DNA of 64,000 nt from the NCBI GenBank assembly GCA_949295765.1, contig CASFMM010000004.1, positions 19,252-83,251 on the forward strand, given 5' to 3'. This document shows positions 51,893 to 60,658 of this stretch, in pieces. Position 1 is the first letter of the stretch. Each line of letters begins with the position of its first letter. Source of the stretch: an uncultured Methanomassiliicoccales archaeon (lineage in GTDB: Archaea > Thermoplasmatota > Thermoplasmata > Methanomassiliicoccales > Methanomethylophilaceae). The notes below the pieces were generated by a model. It saw only the letters and a program-made list of their open reading frames with translations. It had not been told where the DNA came from and made no database searches. The translations under genes were made by a program, and so were the position numbers.

Positions 51893-51965
51893 GGGCCCGT
51901 GGGGTAGCTTGGTATCCTTCGTGCTTGGGGTGCACGTAACTCCAGTTCAAATCTGGGCGGGCCCA
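51893..51965 (+). tRNA. tRNA-Pro(GGG)
   Basis: GGGCCCG/CGGGCCC acceptor; anticodon arm CGTGC-TTGGGGT-GCACG; AGTTCAAATCT. Confidence 0.95.
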
Positions 51966-51993
51966 CTTCTGCATCCCTATTTCTGGTGGCAAC

Positions 51994-52431
51994 ATGCTGC
52001 GTTTCGAGACTTCCAAGAACCTGTCGAACGATGCGATTCGCATCCGTACGGACGTATTCGTCAAGGAGCAGGGCTTCGAGGTGGAGTTCGACGAGAAGGA
52101 CGCCGACGCGTACCACATGCTCGTGTACGATGACGACGTCCCGATCGCGGTGTGCCGCTTCATGCCGGGAGAGGACGGTGTCTGCACCATAGGCAGGCTG
52201 GCGGTGGTCCCCGAGTTCCGCGGGAGGTCGATCGGCAAGGCAATGCTGGCGGAGGCCGAGAGGGAGGTTGCGGACATGGGGCAGAGGCGGATGGTGCTGA
52301 GCGCCCAGGTGCGCGCCAGGGGCTTCTACGAGGCCTGCGGGTACACGGCATACGGTGACGAGTACATGGACGAGTGGTGTCCGCACATCATGATGGGGAA
52401 GGACCTGCGATTCCGACGGGAATCTATATAG
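51994..52431 (+). CDS. GNAT N-acetyltransferase (ElaA/YjcF-like)
   Basis: IR..VFV.EQG...EFD..D, IGRLAV..E.RG..IG, LSAQ..A.GFY...GY, H..M.K. Confidence 0.9.
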   Translation: MLRFETSKNLSNDAIRIRTDVFVKEQGFEVEFDEKDADAYHMLVYDDDVPIAVCRFMPGEDGVCTIGRLAVVPEFRGRSIGKAMLAEAEREVADMGQRRMVLSAQVRARGFYEACGYTAYGDEYMDEWCPHIMMGKDLRFRRESI

Positions 52432-52498
52432 TCTGCAGGCCCAAGTATGTAGAATCCGACTGTCTGTCTTTATAAGCGCAGTCATCGATTCCGATTCC

Positions 52499-52885
52499 AT
52501 GTACTGCCAGAACTGTGGTTCGTAATTGCCTGACAGTGCGAAGTTCTGTGATCGCTGCGGAGCCAAGGTGGGATCGGCGACGGAGCAGAACAGCAGTCAG
52601 ACAGAGTACAACATGGCATCCATCATGGTCAACAAGAAGAGCGAGGCGCTCTCGTTGATCCTGTCCCTGCTCATCCCCGGTCTTGGACAGATCTACAACG
52701 GGCAGATCAAGAAGGGGGCCATCATGCTTGTCGCCGCCATCGTGTGCGCGTTCGTGATGTTCCTGTTCTTCCCGCTGGCCTTCCTGTACCTGGTGCTCTG
52801 GATCTACGGCATGTACGACGCGTTCAAGGACGCCAAGGAGTACAACCAGTACCTTCTCAGCCACAACGGGAATCCGCCGTGGTGA
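52499..52885 (+). pseudogene. Zinc-ribbon plus TM2-like membrane protein with an in-frame TAA at 52523
   Basis: ATG TAC TGC CAG AAC TGT GGT TCG TAA TTG CCT... reads MYCQNCGS*LPDSAKFCDRCG; then KS...A.ILS.LIPGLGQIYNGQ. Confidence 0.7.
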
Positions 52886-52976
52886 GGTCATCCCGACGGA
52901 CAAACCTTTTCCAAACCCTATTTTATCGACCATCTGTCGTGGCGCATGTCGGATCGGACAGTGATCATCCCCGGAT

Positions 52977-53621
52977 TCACGAGGGGTTGTCGGTACCGCG
53001 TTCGAGGTGGCAGAAGCTTTTCAGTGGACAGCTGTTGCATCTCGGGGTCTTCCTGCAGTGCGCGATGCCGTGTTCCAGGATCAGCCTGTGCATCTCGCCC
53101 AAGACATCGACGTCTCCGTTCAGTCCGGTTTCGAAGAAAGCCCTGATGTCCGAATCTTCTCTGAAGGGGAGCCCGAGTCTGGACATGAGGCGGCGGGTGT
53201 ACGCATCGACGACGAAGACCGGTCTGCGAAGGGCGTAGAGCAGTATCACGTCGGCGGTCTCCTCTCCGATCCCCTTGATAGATAGAAGTTCGTCGCGGAG
53301 GAGGTCGGTCTCCGTATCGGAAAACCGCACAGGGTCGCAGCCGTAACCAGAGAACCATTCGGTGACGCGCAGGATGGTGGCGGCTTTGGACCTTGCGAAT
53401 CCGCATGGGCGGATGGCGTCCTCAAGTTCCGCAGGTGTCATGGATTCCACGCGTCCGGCCTCCAGGACGCCCATGGAATCGCAAACACGCATAACACTGT
53501 TCCATGATGTGTTCTGCACCAGCACGGACTGGAACATGACAGTGTACGGATCATCCGACCACCACCCCTGCGGCCCATAGGCCTCGCGGAGGGTGCTGCG
53601 CAAACGGTCGGCGGTCAGCAT
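52977..53621 (-). CDS. Endonuclease III-related HhH-GPD glycosylase with [4Fe-4S] motif
   Basis: YGPQGWW, VL.QNTSW..V, LLSIKGIGEETAD.ILLYA, FVVDAYT.R, HCRKTPRCNSCPLKSFC. Confidence 0.88.
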   Translation of the reverse strand: MLTADRLRSTLREAYGPQGWWSDDPYTVMFQSVLVQNTSWNSVMRVCDSMGVLEAGRVESMTPAELEDAIRPCGFARSKAATILRVTEWFSGYGCDPVRFSDTETDLLRDELLSIKGIGEETADVILLYALRRPVFVVDAYTRRLMSRLGLPFREDSDIRAFFETGLNGDVDVLGEMHRLILEHGIAHCRKTPRCNSCPLKSFCHLERGTDNPS

Positions 53622-54451
53622 CCACGCGACCTCTGGCACATGGGGCATGATACGCTGCTCCTGCCCCCGACGACCCTGCGGACGAGCGGCGTCCCGCATA
53701 CCGGGCACGGCTGTCCGTCATGGCCGTATATCCTGATGTACGGTGTGTTGCGGTACTCCTTTCCCTTGCCTTCCAACCATTCCTCGGGTGAGATTTCGTT
53801 CTTCTCGATGAAGAACCCGAGTGCCCTGGGAATCTCCTCGGCGAGGCGGCTCCAATCGTCGTGATCCAGGAGGCATGCGGGGCAGACAGGGTCGATGCCG
53901 GTGTCGAAGAGGATCTCGTCGGAGTAGATGTTGCCGATCCCTGCGACGACGCCCTGGTCCAGAAGACATTCCTTTATGGCCCTCCTGCTTCCGCCGATGC
54001 GGTTTTCGAGGTACTCCGCGGTGAACGACGGGTCGAAGGGCTCCGGGCCCAACTTGCAGATGCCCGTGCAGTCGTCATCCTCCCCGTCCGCCAGCAGCCA
54101 GAAGCGTCCGAAGCGGCGGGTGTCCGAGAACCTGAGTTCCATCCCGTCGTCGAGTCCTATTACGATGTGGGTGTGGGGCTCCTCCGGGCGGTCGTGCGGC
54201 GCCACCACCAGGCATCCTGTCATGCGCATGTGCATGACCATCCTGCTTCCGTCGTCCAAGATGGCGGTGAGGTTCTTCCCGCGACGGGTCAGATCGGTGA
54301 ACGTCCTGCCGACCAGGCGTTCCGCGAACGACTCCGGATCGGGACGTCCGATCACCTTCGGGTGCCTGACCGATACCTCGGTGACTCTGCGTCCGACCAT
54401 CTGCGGTCCGACGACCCTCCTCACCGTCTCGATCTCTGGAAGCTCCGGCAT
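53615..54451 (-). CDS. mutM: Formamidopyrimidine-DNA glycosylase Fpg/MutM
   Basis: MPELPEIET, RRGK, HMRMTG, F.D.RRFG, LGPEP, IK..LLDQ..VAGIGNIYSDE.LF, C..CG...C..CQ zinc finger. Confidence 0.93.
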   Translation of the reverse strand: MPELPEIETVRRVVGPQMVGRRVTEVSVRHPKVIGRPDPESFAERLVGRTFTDLTRRGKNLTAILDDGSRMVMHMRMTGCLVVAPHDRPEEPHTHIVIGLDDGMELRFSDTRRFGRFWLLADGEDDDCTGICKLGPEPFDPSFTAEYLENRIGGSRRAIKECLLDQGVVAGIGNIYSDEILFDTGIDPVCPACLLDHDDWSRLAEEIPRALGFFIEKNEISPEEWLEGKGKEYRNTPYIRIYGHDGQPCPVCGTPLVRRVVGGRSSVSCPMCQRSRGC

Positions 54452-54456
54452 GGGTA

Positions 54457-55338
54457 TCAGCACCTCGAGGACTTCCTTATCTTCTCATGGAAGAAATAAT
54501 TGACAACGATGGGCGGGGCGTCGAAGGGTCTGTTCATGCTGTCGTCGTTCGTGACGTAGTCGAGTCCCTGCTCCTCAGCGAACAGCCTCATCTCCGCATC
54601 CAGATCCTCCCAGTATCCGAGGTCCCTGCGGTTGTAGATGCGGTCGTACAGCGGCACCAGGTCCGGATGCCTCTCCGAGATGTAGGCCATGATGTCTGCT
54701 TTGAAGGACCCCCTCAGGTTCAGGTTCTCCAGCCAGACCAGGTTGCAGATGTCCTTCGCCCCGAGTATTATTTTCTTCGGGTCGGTGATCCCGGGGAATA
54801 TCGGCGAGATGAAGCACGTGGTCCTGACTCCCGCCTCATGAAATTTCCTCATGGCCTCCAACCTCCTCTCGATGGACACCGCCCGGTCCATGTCCCCACG
54901 GAACGTCTCGTCGAGAGTGTTGATCGACCAGGACACGCGTGCGTCGGGGAACGATGCGATGAGGTCGAGGTCGCGGAGGATCAGATCCGACTTGGTGGCG
55001 ATACTGATCCTCGCCCCGCTGCCCTGCAGCTGTTCCAGCAGCGCCCTGGTGCGTCCGTGTTCGGACTCCTGCGGGAGGTACGGGTCGGTGACAGATCCGA
55101 TGAAGATCTCCTTCCCATCGTACTTCGAGGGATCGCGGATCCTCGGCCAATGTTTGACGTCGAGGAACGTGCCCCAGGGTTCCGGATGTCCCGTGAACCT
55201 CTTCATGAACGAGGCGTAGCAGTACCTGCAGGCGTGTGTGCATCCGACGTACGGATTGGCGGCGTAGTCACCTACAGGGAGATCCGTCTTCGTCACGATA
55301 CCTTTGGTTTCGACAATTCTTATTACTGGTTCCGTCAT
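54457..55338 (-). CDS. SplB-like radical SAM protein (resembles the radical SAM mobile pair protein B family)
   Basis: NPYVGCTHACRYCYA.FMKRFT.H.EPWG.F.DVK, GSVTDPY, TKSDL..RD, FISPIFPGITD, ENLNLRG. Confidence 0.85.
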   Translation of the reverse strand: MTEPVIRIVETKGIVTKTDLPVGDYAANPYVGCTHACRYCYASFMKRFTGHPEPWGTFLDVKHWPRIRDPSKYDGKEIFIGSVTDPYLPQESEHGRTRALLEQLQGSGARISIATKSDLILRDLDLIASFPDARVSWSINTLDETFRGDMDRAVSIERRLEAMRKFHEAGVRTTCFISPIFPGITDPKKIILGAKDICNLVWLENLNLRGSFKADIMAYISERHPDLVPLYDRIYNRRDLGYWEDLDAEMRLFAEEQGLDYVTNDDSMNRPFDAPPIVVNYFFHEKIRKSSRC

Positions 55339-56255
55339 GGGATCACCTTCAGGAACGACCTCTGGGAGCCCTGCATCACAATGTCCTCCGGCATGAGGTG
55401 TCCAAGCAGAAGCGGGGAGTCCGGGTCGTGAAGTTTCATGTTCTCCGCGACCCTCTCGGGCCTGTTATTGGCGTAGCAGTACCTGCATCCGTTCGGGCAG
55501 GTGTCGTAGGCTCCGATGTCCCTGCTCTCGATGCAGTGGCAGCCCTCGCGCATGCCCCTGTGCTTCAGGTTCCTGAACTCCACGCCGTTGGCCCGTCCGA
55601 GGATGTCCAGGGTCATGCACCCCGAACTCCGTATCCCGTAACGGGTGTAGTCCCCGTTGGTGCCGCAGGTCTGGATGGTCATGCCGTTGCGCGCCGCTAT
55701 GGAGCCCAGGCCTTTGGCGAGGATGTCCTTGTCCTCATCCGTCAGGGGCACCAGCTCCGGCATGTTGCGATCGAGTTTCTTGTACATCTCCACGAAGCTG
55801 AAGATGCAGCGGTCCACGTGCGGTGCAATCTCCGTGGCCATCCTCTCGAACGTCTCCAGATGGGTCTCGGCGGTGTATCTGTCCGTCAGGAGTACGGGAT
55901 CGTATCTCCATGCGACCCTCTGTTTCCCGACCTGCTCGGATAGCCGGACCAGGGTGTCGATGCTGTCGTCTATCGACGGCACACCCGGCTCCACGTCTCT
56001 TCCGTACGCGGTGATGGTATAGTGGAAGTAGGTGTTGAAGCGGTCCGTGATCTCCCGGAGCCTCGGTAGGATGGGAGAGTAGTCCTTGGAGCAGAACACG
56101 ACGCAGTCGACCATGTAGGGGGTCAGCTCGTACCGGGTGACCTTGTTGGGGAACAGGGGGTTGCGGGAGAGGACGTAGCCTTCGGAGAAGCGGTTGAGCA
56201 GCCATTCCGTGTAGTGCTGCACGGTATCCGTGCGCCCGCCGGTGTTGATTATCGT
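55335..56255 (-). CDS. DUF1848-family protein; ACG at the expected start
   Basis: (ACG)IINTGGRTDTVQHY..W..NRF, RNP.FP, FCSK, TITAYG..VEP.VP, WRYDP, C.CIESRDIG.YDTC.NGC.YCYAN. Confidence 0.85.
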   Translation of the reverse strand, partial: TIINTGGRTDTVQHYTEWLLNRFSEGYVLSRNPLFPNKVTRYELTPYMVDCVVFCSKDYSPILPRLREITDRFNTYFHYTITAYGRDVEPGVPSIDDSIDTLVRLSEQVGKQRVAWRYDPVLLTDRYTAETHLETFERMATEIAPHVDRCIFSFVEMYKKLDRNMPELVPLTDEDKDILAKGLGSIAARNGMTIQTCGTNGDYTRYGIRSSGCMTLDILGRANGVEFRNLKHRGMREGCHCIESRDIGAYDTCPNGCRYCYANNRPERVAENMKLHDPDSPLLLGHLMPEDIVMQGSQRSFLKVIP

Positions 56256-56395
56256 TTCTATCAGTCCTCAGTGACGATGATGGCAAGGGTGAATTTAGGA
56301 TGCTCGCTGGTTGTTTGTAACATGATTAAAGATACATCATCAAATTAGTCTTATAAAACTTTAAAATATTTAAATGAATAAAATAATATAAGATT

Positions 56396-57250
56396 ATGTT
56401 CACCCGTTCAGAACTCGTACTGCTTCATCATGTCGCAAACGGCATGACTGATGTGAGCGACCTTTCCGAGACCATGGGCATCACACCTGTCAGAGTGTAT
56501 GAGATTATACGAAGTCTTAAATGCAAGGGAATACTATCAGACATTCGTGATATTAAACTAAGTTCGAATGCATATGCGCTCAGGCTGGCATCTCTGATGC
56601 GTCCTTCCTCTAACAGGGCGGAGGTGCTGGCGGATTCGGGCATAGATGTGCTCATCGAACTCAGGGAGCCGCATGACGTGGCCGAGATCGTGGCAGATTT
56701 GGGGCTGTCCAGGGCATCCGTGTACAGGAGACTGAAGCTCGCGATGAAGACGGGGGCGGTCAGGAAGGATGGCGAGATGTACGTCCTCAATGACCTGATG
56801 TGGAACGGATTGAGGGAGGCTCTGGACAGTATCGTCGATCAGAGGGAGGTCTTCGATCCCCGCGTCGTCAGCGGCGCAGTGATATACCGCAACACGAGGG
56901 GTGAGGTGTTGTATTCGTATCCAAGGGAGCTTGACGACAGGAAGACGGCCTTCTCTATGTTCGGAGATTACGGATATGATGTGTGGTTGGATACCATATA
57001 CTATACGACATCCGATATCGAAATCGGTATTGATAAAGCATTTAATGATGCGTATATCGTGTCGGAGAAGGAGGACGACGTCAGGTTGAGGATGACACTC
57101 ATCCTGTTCTATCTAGGAAACAGGGAGCGTATCGCAGCCGATCCGACGTTCCTGGAGAAGCTGGGTCGCATACAGGCCGGCGATCGCATACCGCGCTGGC
57201 CTACATGGGCCGATGTGCAGTCACGTCTGAACGACAAGGTGGTCTCATGA
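56396..57250 (+). CDS. Tandem winged-HTH protein, putative regulator or antitoxin
   Basis: Two HTH units (DLSETMGITPVRVYEII..L; EIVADLGLSRASVYRRL); AT-rich promoter; ATGA overlap with the next gene. Confidence 0.7.
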   Translation: MFTRSELVLLHHVANGMTDVSDLSETMGITPVRVYEIIRSLKCKGILSDIRDIKLSSNAYALRLASLMRPSSNRAEVLADSGIDVLIELREPHDVAEIVADLGLSRASVYRRLKLAMKTGAVRKDGEMYVLNDLMWNGLREALDSIVDQREVFDPRVVSGAVIYRNTRGEVLYSYPRELDDRKTAFSMFGDYGYDVWLDTIYYTTSDIEIGIDKAFNDAYIVSEKEDDVRLRMTLILFYLGNRERIAADPTFLEKLGRIQAGDRIPRWPTWADVQSRLNDKVVS

Positions 57251-57945
57251 TCACGGATTCCATCAGGATGACCGGTCTCATGGACGAGTTAGCCGAGGTT
57301 CTGGACGGGGACATCGACCTCTACATGATCGGAGGCGGTGCCATGATGTTCCTGGGCAGCAAGGCTTCCACCAAGGATATCGACCTGGTGGTTTCGGGGG
57401 CGGATGCCTACAACGCGGTCCATCGCGCGCTGGAGGAGCTCGGCTTCGAATCGATACGCCCAGGTGCAGGCTATTCGCGCATGAACCTGTCCGACATGTT
57501 CGAAAGGAGTGACGGGTACAGGATAGACCTCTTCGACACGAAGGTGTGCAGCAAACTGAGGTTGTCCGACGGTATGAGGTCCCGTTCGACTCTTCGGTAT
57601 CGGAACGGACATCTGAGACTCTTCTCATGTTCCGGCAGTGACATCCTGATCTTCAAGTCCATCACCGAGAGGGACGGCGACATCGACGACTGCTCCCGCC
57701 TCATCGAGTTGAACCATGTCGATTGGAATGTGGTTCTCGGCGAGACCGTGGAGCAGGTCGCCACGGGTGAGGACGTATGGATCACCTGGATAGCGGACCG
57801 TCTCAACGTGCTCAGCGAGACCATGGGCGTGACCATCCCCATCCTCGGAGACATCAACAGGATGGCCGACGAATACTTGGCCAAGTGGGAGAAGGACCTT
57901 CTGGAGAAGGCGGGTATCGATCCGGAAACGCTTCCGAAGGACTGA
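57247..57945 (+). CDS. DUF6036-like nucleotidyltransferase
   Basis: LYMIGGGAM...G.K.STKDIDLVV, RIDLF, DI.IFKS...R.GD..D. Confidence 0.75.
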   Translation: MITDSIRMTGLMDELAEVLDGDIDLYMIGGGAMMFLGSKASTKDIDLVVSGADAYNAVHRALEELGFESIRPGAGYSRMNLSDMFERSDGYRIDLFDTKVCSKLRLSDGMRSRSTLRYRNGHLRLFSCSGSDILIFKSITERDGDIDDCSRLIELNHVDWNVVLGETVEQVATGEDVWITWIADRLNVLSETMGVTIPILGDINRMADEYLAKWEKDLLEKAGIDPETLPKD

Positions 57946-57946
57946 C

Positions 57947-58252
57947 TCACAGGAGCCCTCTGAGCTCCTCGATCCTCTTCGCAAGGCCGTCGATGTAGTC
58001 GGCGATCTCGTTCATGAACCCGTCGTAGCGGTCCGTCACCGTGGCCCCGTCCTGTGTGGCGTGGATGATCCCCTGCTGCTCCAGGAGCTTCAGGGAGTAC
58101 CTCACCCTGTGCTTGGGGATGCCCGTCATCTCGGACAGCCTTATGAGTCCGACGGGCTGGTTCTCCTTCACGGTCTTGAGTATGGAGATGTGTCTCTCGA
58201 GAAGCTCGACGTCCTCGCTGAGCGACCCCACTGGATCCCTGTTCTCAGTCAT
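57947..58252 (-). CDS. Archaeal winged-HTH regulator
   Basis: LL.RHI.IL..V.E..P.G...LSE.TG.P.H.VRYSL..LE..G.I. Confidence 0.8.
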   Translation of the reverse strand: MTENRDPVGSLSEDVELLERHISILKTVKENQPVGLIRLSEMTGIPKHRVRYSLKLLEQQGIIHATQDGATVTDRYDGFMNEIADYIDGLAKRIEELRGLL

Positions 58253-58324
58253 GTGACGTCATACCTCCGGCCATAATCTCCGATAATCGATTGAAAAAGG
58301 AAGGGTTTGAGGAGGGGTTCCGGC

Positions 58325-58492
58325 TCAGCGGCCGTACCACTTCTGCTTGCCCCACTTGTTGTAGTTTGCCCACCATCCCTGGACGATGGAACCGCAGCAG
58401 TCCAGAGCCTTCTGCTCGGCGTCCGGGCCCTTGTAGGTCTTGTGGCAGTTCAGGCACTGCCAGACGAGTTCGGGCTGTTTCTCAGCTTTCAT
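58325..58492 (-). CDS. Small Cys/Trp-rich protein (55 aa), possible Zn finger
   Basis: MKAEKQPELVWQCLNCHKTYKGPDAEQKALDCCGSIVQGWWANYNKWGKQKWYGR; AT-rich promoter-like sequence upstream. Confidence 0.6.
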   Translation of the reverse strand: MKAEKQPELVWQCLNCHKTYKGPDAEQKALDCCGSIVQGWWANYNKWGKQKWYGR

Positions 58493-58699
58493 CGGCGTGG
58501 AATTAGGGAGGACGATATTAAAGGTTACGCGTCGCCGGAACGCTGGCACAATCATCTGGGTGCAGTCTCCCCGATCGTGTCGGTCCGACAATCGCGACCG
58601 TTCCATGTCGGTTGTCAAACAACACGCTCCCGTCTATGGACTGGCAATGTGGCTGGACAAAAAATGCATTATATACTTTCGAACCCATCAACTAGGACC

Positions 58700-59200
58700 A
58701 TGAACAGAATCAAGGTCATCAACGAACCGTCTGAGTTGGTCCCGATGCTCAGGTCCGTTGATACACCCGTCAAAAGAGACGTTTTGAAAGAGGTGACCTT
58801 GGAATGGAGAACAGCGGACGAGATCGAGCAGAAGTACGGTCCCGAGGGCAGGGACGCCATCATCTTCTTCGAGAAGATGAAGCTGGTCGAGACACGCTGG
58901 CTGTCCAAGGACGGAGGGTACCCTGAGAAGTCGTACCACACCTACTACACGTCTTTCAGCATCAACGCCCAGTGGCCGGTCTACGAGATCAGCGACGTTC
59001 TCACAGCGGCGATGATGAGCGACGAGGAGTACGCGGAGATCGAGGCCAAGATCCTAGAGGAAGTGGGCAAGGACGGAAGGTTCTCAGGCGACATCGCCGA
59101 ATCGCTCGGTCTCTCGTCCACGATGCTGAAGAGCCTGGTCCGCAGGTCCGTGAAGATGGACTACCGCGGGCACAGGATAGAACTGATCCACGAAGAGTAA
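58700..59200 (+). CDS. Archaeal ArsR-like transcriptional regulator
   Basis: R.KVIN.PSELVP.L...D......V..E....W.T..EI...YG..G..A...F.K..L.E..W, K.YH..Y. Confidence 0.75.
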   Translation: MNRIKVINEPSELVPMLRSVDTPVKRDVLKEVTLEWRTADEIEQKYGPEGRDAIIFFEKMKLVETRWLSKDGGYPEKSYHTYYTSFSINAQWPVYEISDVLTAAMMSDEEYAEIEAKILEEVGKDGRFSGDIAESLGLSSTMLKSLVRRSVKMDYRGHRIELIHEE

Positions 59201-59204
59201 TCCG

Positions 59205-59726
59205 ATGTCCGATATCTGGATTATGAGGATCGGTCACCGTCCTCAGAGGGACAAGAGAGTGACCACTCACGTGGCGCTCTCATCGAGGGCCCTCGGAGCG
59301 AAGGGCATATACGTCGACACGGAGGACCCAGTCCTGGAGGAGAACATCCGCAGTGTCGTGCAGAGGTTCGGAGGAGACTACTCCATAAAGACCGGCGTCA
59401 GCTGGAAGGAGGCCGTGAAGGACTTCGACGGCAAGGTCATCCACCTGACCATGTACGGCCAGAGGGTCGATGAGGCGCTGCCCAAGATACCCCGCGACGA
59501 GGACATCATGATCGTGGTCGGGGCCGAGAAGGTCCCGGCGGAGGTTTACCAGCGCGCGGATTTCAACGTCTCCGTCGGCAACCAGCCGCATTCGGAGATC
59601 GCCGCGCTGGCGATATTCCTGGACAGGTTCACCGAGGGCAAGGCCCTGTACGCAGACCGCGGAGGGGAGCTCGAGGTCGTGCCCAACGAAAGGGGGAAGA
59701 CCGTTGTCGAACACCATCCCGAATGA
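59205..59726 (+). CDS. trm56: tRNA (cytidine(56)-2'-O)-methyltransferase
   Basis: RIGHRP.RDKRVTTHV.L..RALGA, HLTMYG, VGAEKVP, N.SV.NQPHSEIAALA.FLD. Confidence 0.95.
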   Translation: MSDIWIMRIGHRPQRDKRVTTHVALSSRALGAKGIYVDTEDPVLEENIRSVVQRFGGDYSIKTGVSWKEAVKDFDGKVIHLTMYGQRVDEALPKIPRDEDIMIVVGAEKVPAEVYQRADFNVSVGNQPHSEIAALAIFLDRFTEGKALYADRGGELEVVPNERGKTVVEHHPE

Positions 59727-60288
59727 GGAGGACTGCATCGAGCTCCTGCTCGAGGCGGGGTGCAAACGCAGGGTCATCATCCACTGCTGCACCGTCGAGG
59801 CCGTGGCGAAGGAGATCGCCTCCCGCATCGCCGGGGTCGACAGGGACCTGGTGGAGGCCGGTGCGCTGCTGCACGACATCGGGCGCTCGGTCGACCACTC
59901 GATCATGCACGCCTACATCGGGTCGCAGATCGTCAAGGGACACGGTCTGTCGCCCGCACTGGTGGACATCGTCCGCAAGCACACGGGCGCGGGTCTCGAC
60001 GACGAGGACGTCGCCGAGATGGACCTGCCGCCGGCAGACTACATGCCGAGGACGCTCGAGGAGAAGATCGTAGCGCACGCCGACAACCTGGTCAGCGACA
60101 ACAAGGTCGTCACGCACGCCCATTCAGTGGACAAGCTGAGGAACAAGGGCGCGGACCGCGGAGCCGACAGGATCGAGGCCCTTCACAGGGAGCTGTCCGA
60201 GCTCTACGGGGAGGACCTGGACGTCATCCCGGGCCGCATCGGCCAGTACCCGGACCTCCCGCTCGCCAGGAGCTTCGACCTCATCTGA
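59704..60288 (+). CDS. HD-domain protein
   Basis: VI.HC..V, GALLHDIGR, H...G, I...H.GAG, P.TLEEKIV.HADNL. Confidence 0.88.
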   Translation: MSNTIPNEEDCIELLLEAGCKRRVIIHCCTVEAVAKEIASRIAGVDRDLVEAGALLHDIGRSVDHSIMHAYIGSQIVKGHGLSPALVDIVRKHTGAGLDDEDVAEMDLPPADYMPRTLEEKIVAHADNLVSDNKVVTHAHSVDKLRNKGADRGADRIEALHRELSELYGEDLDVIPGRIGQYPDLPLARSFDLI

Positions 60289-60346
60289 GGTCGGGGGCCC
60301 AAACTTATTTTTTAAATCCTATCTGCATACGGAGTCAGTGATTCAC

Positions 60347-60658
60347 ATGGTTACAGAGCTCAACGAATCCAACTTCGATTCCTTCGTGGAGTCGAACCAC
60401 ATCGCCATCATCGACTGCTGGGCGCCCTGGTGCGGACCCTGCAGGCGCATGGGACCCATCATCGAGGAGGTCGCCAACGACCTCGCCGGAAAGGCAGGGG
60501 TCGCGAAGCTCAACACCGACGAGAACCAGGCCATCGCCGTGAGGTTCAACATCAACGCCATCCCCACGCTCCTCGTCTTCAAGGACAGGGTCCTCGTGGA
60601 CGCCCTCGTGGGACTCAGGCCCAAGGAAGACATCCTCTCCTACGTGAGCGGCCTCTGA
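60347..60658 (+). CDS. trxA: Thioredoxin
   Basis: DCWAPWCGPCR, K.N.DEN, I..IPTL.VF. Confidence 0.95.
   Translation: MVTELNESNFDSFVESNHIAIIDCWAPWCGPCRRMGPIIEEVANDLAGKAGVAKLNTDENQAIAVRFNINAIPTLLVFKDRVLVDALVGLRPKEDILSYVSGL

Noticed and set aside
52429-52431. Pyrrolysine readthrough of the GNAT TAG stop
   Set aside because: The GNAT domain is already complete and the downstream frame closes after a few non-conserved-looking codons
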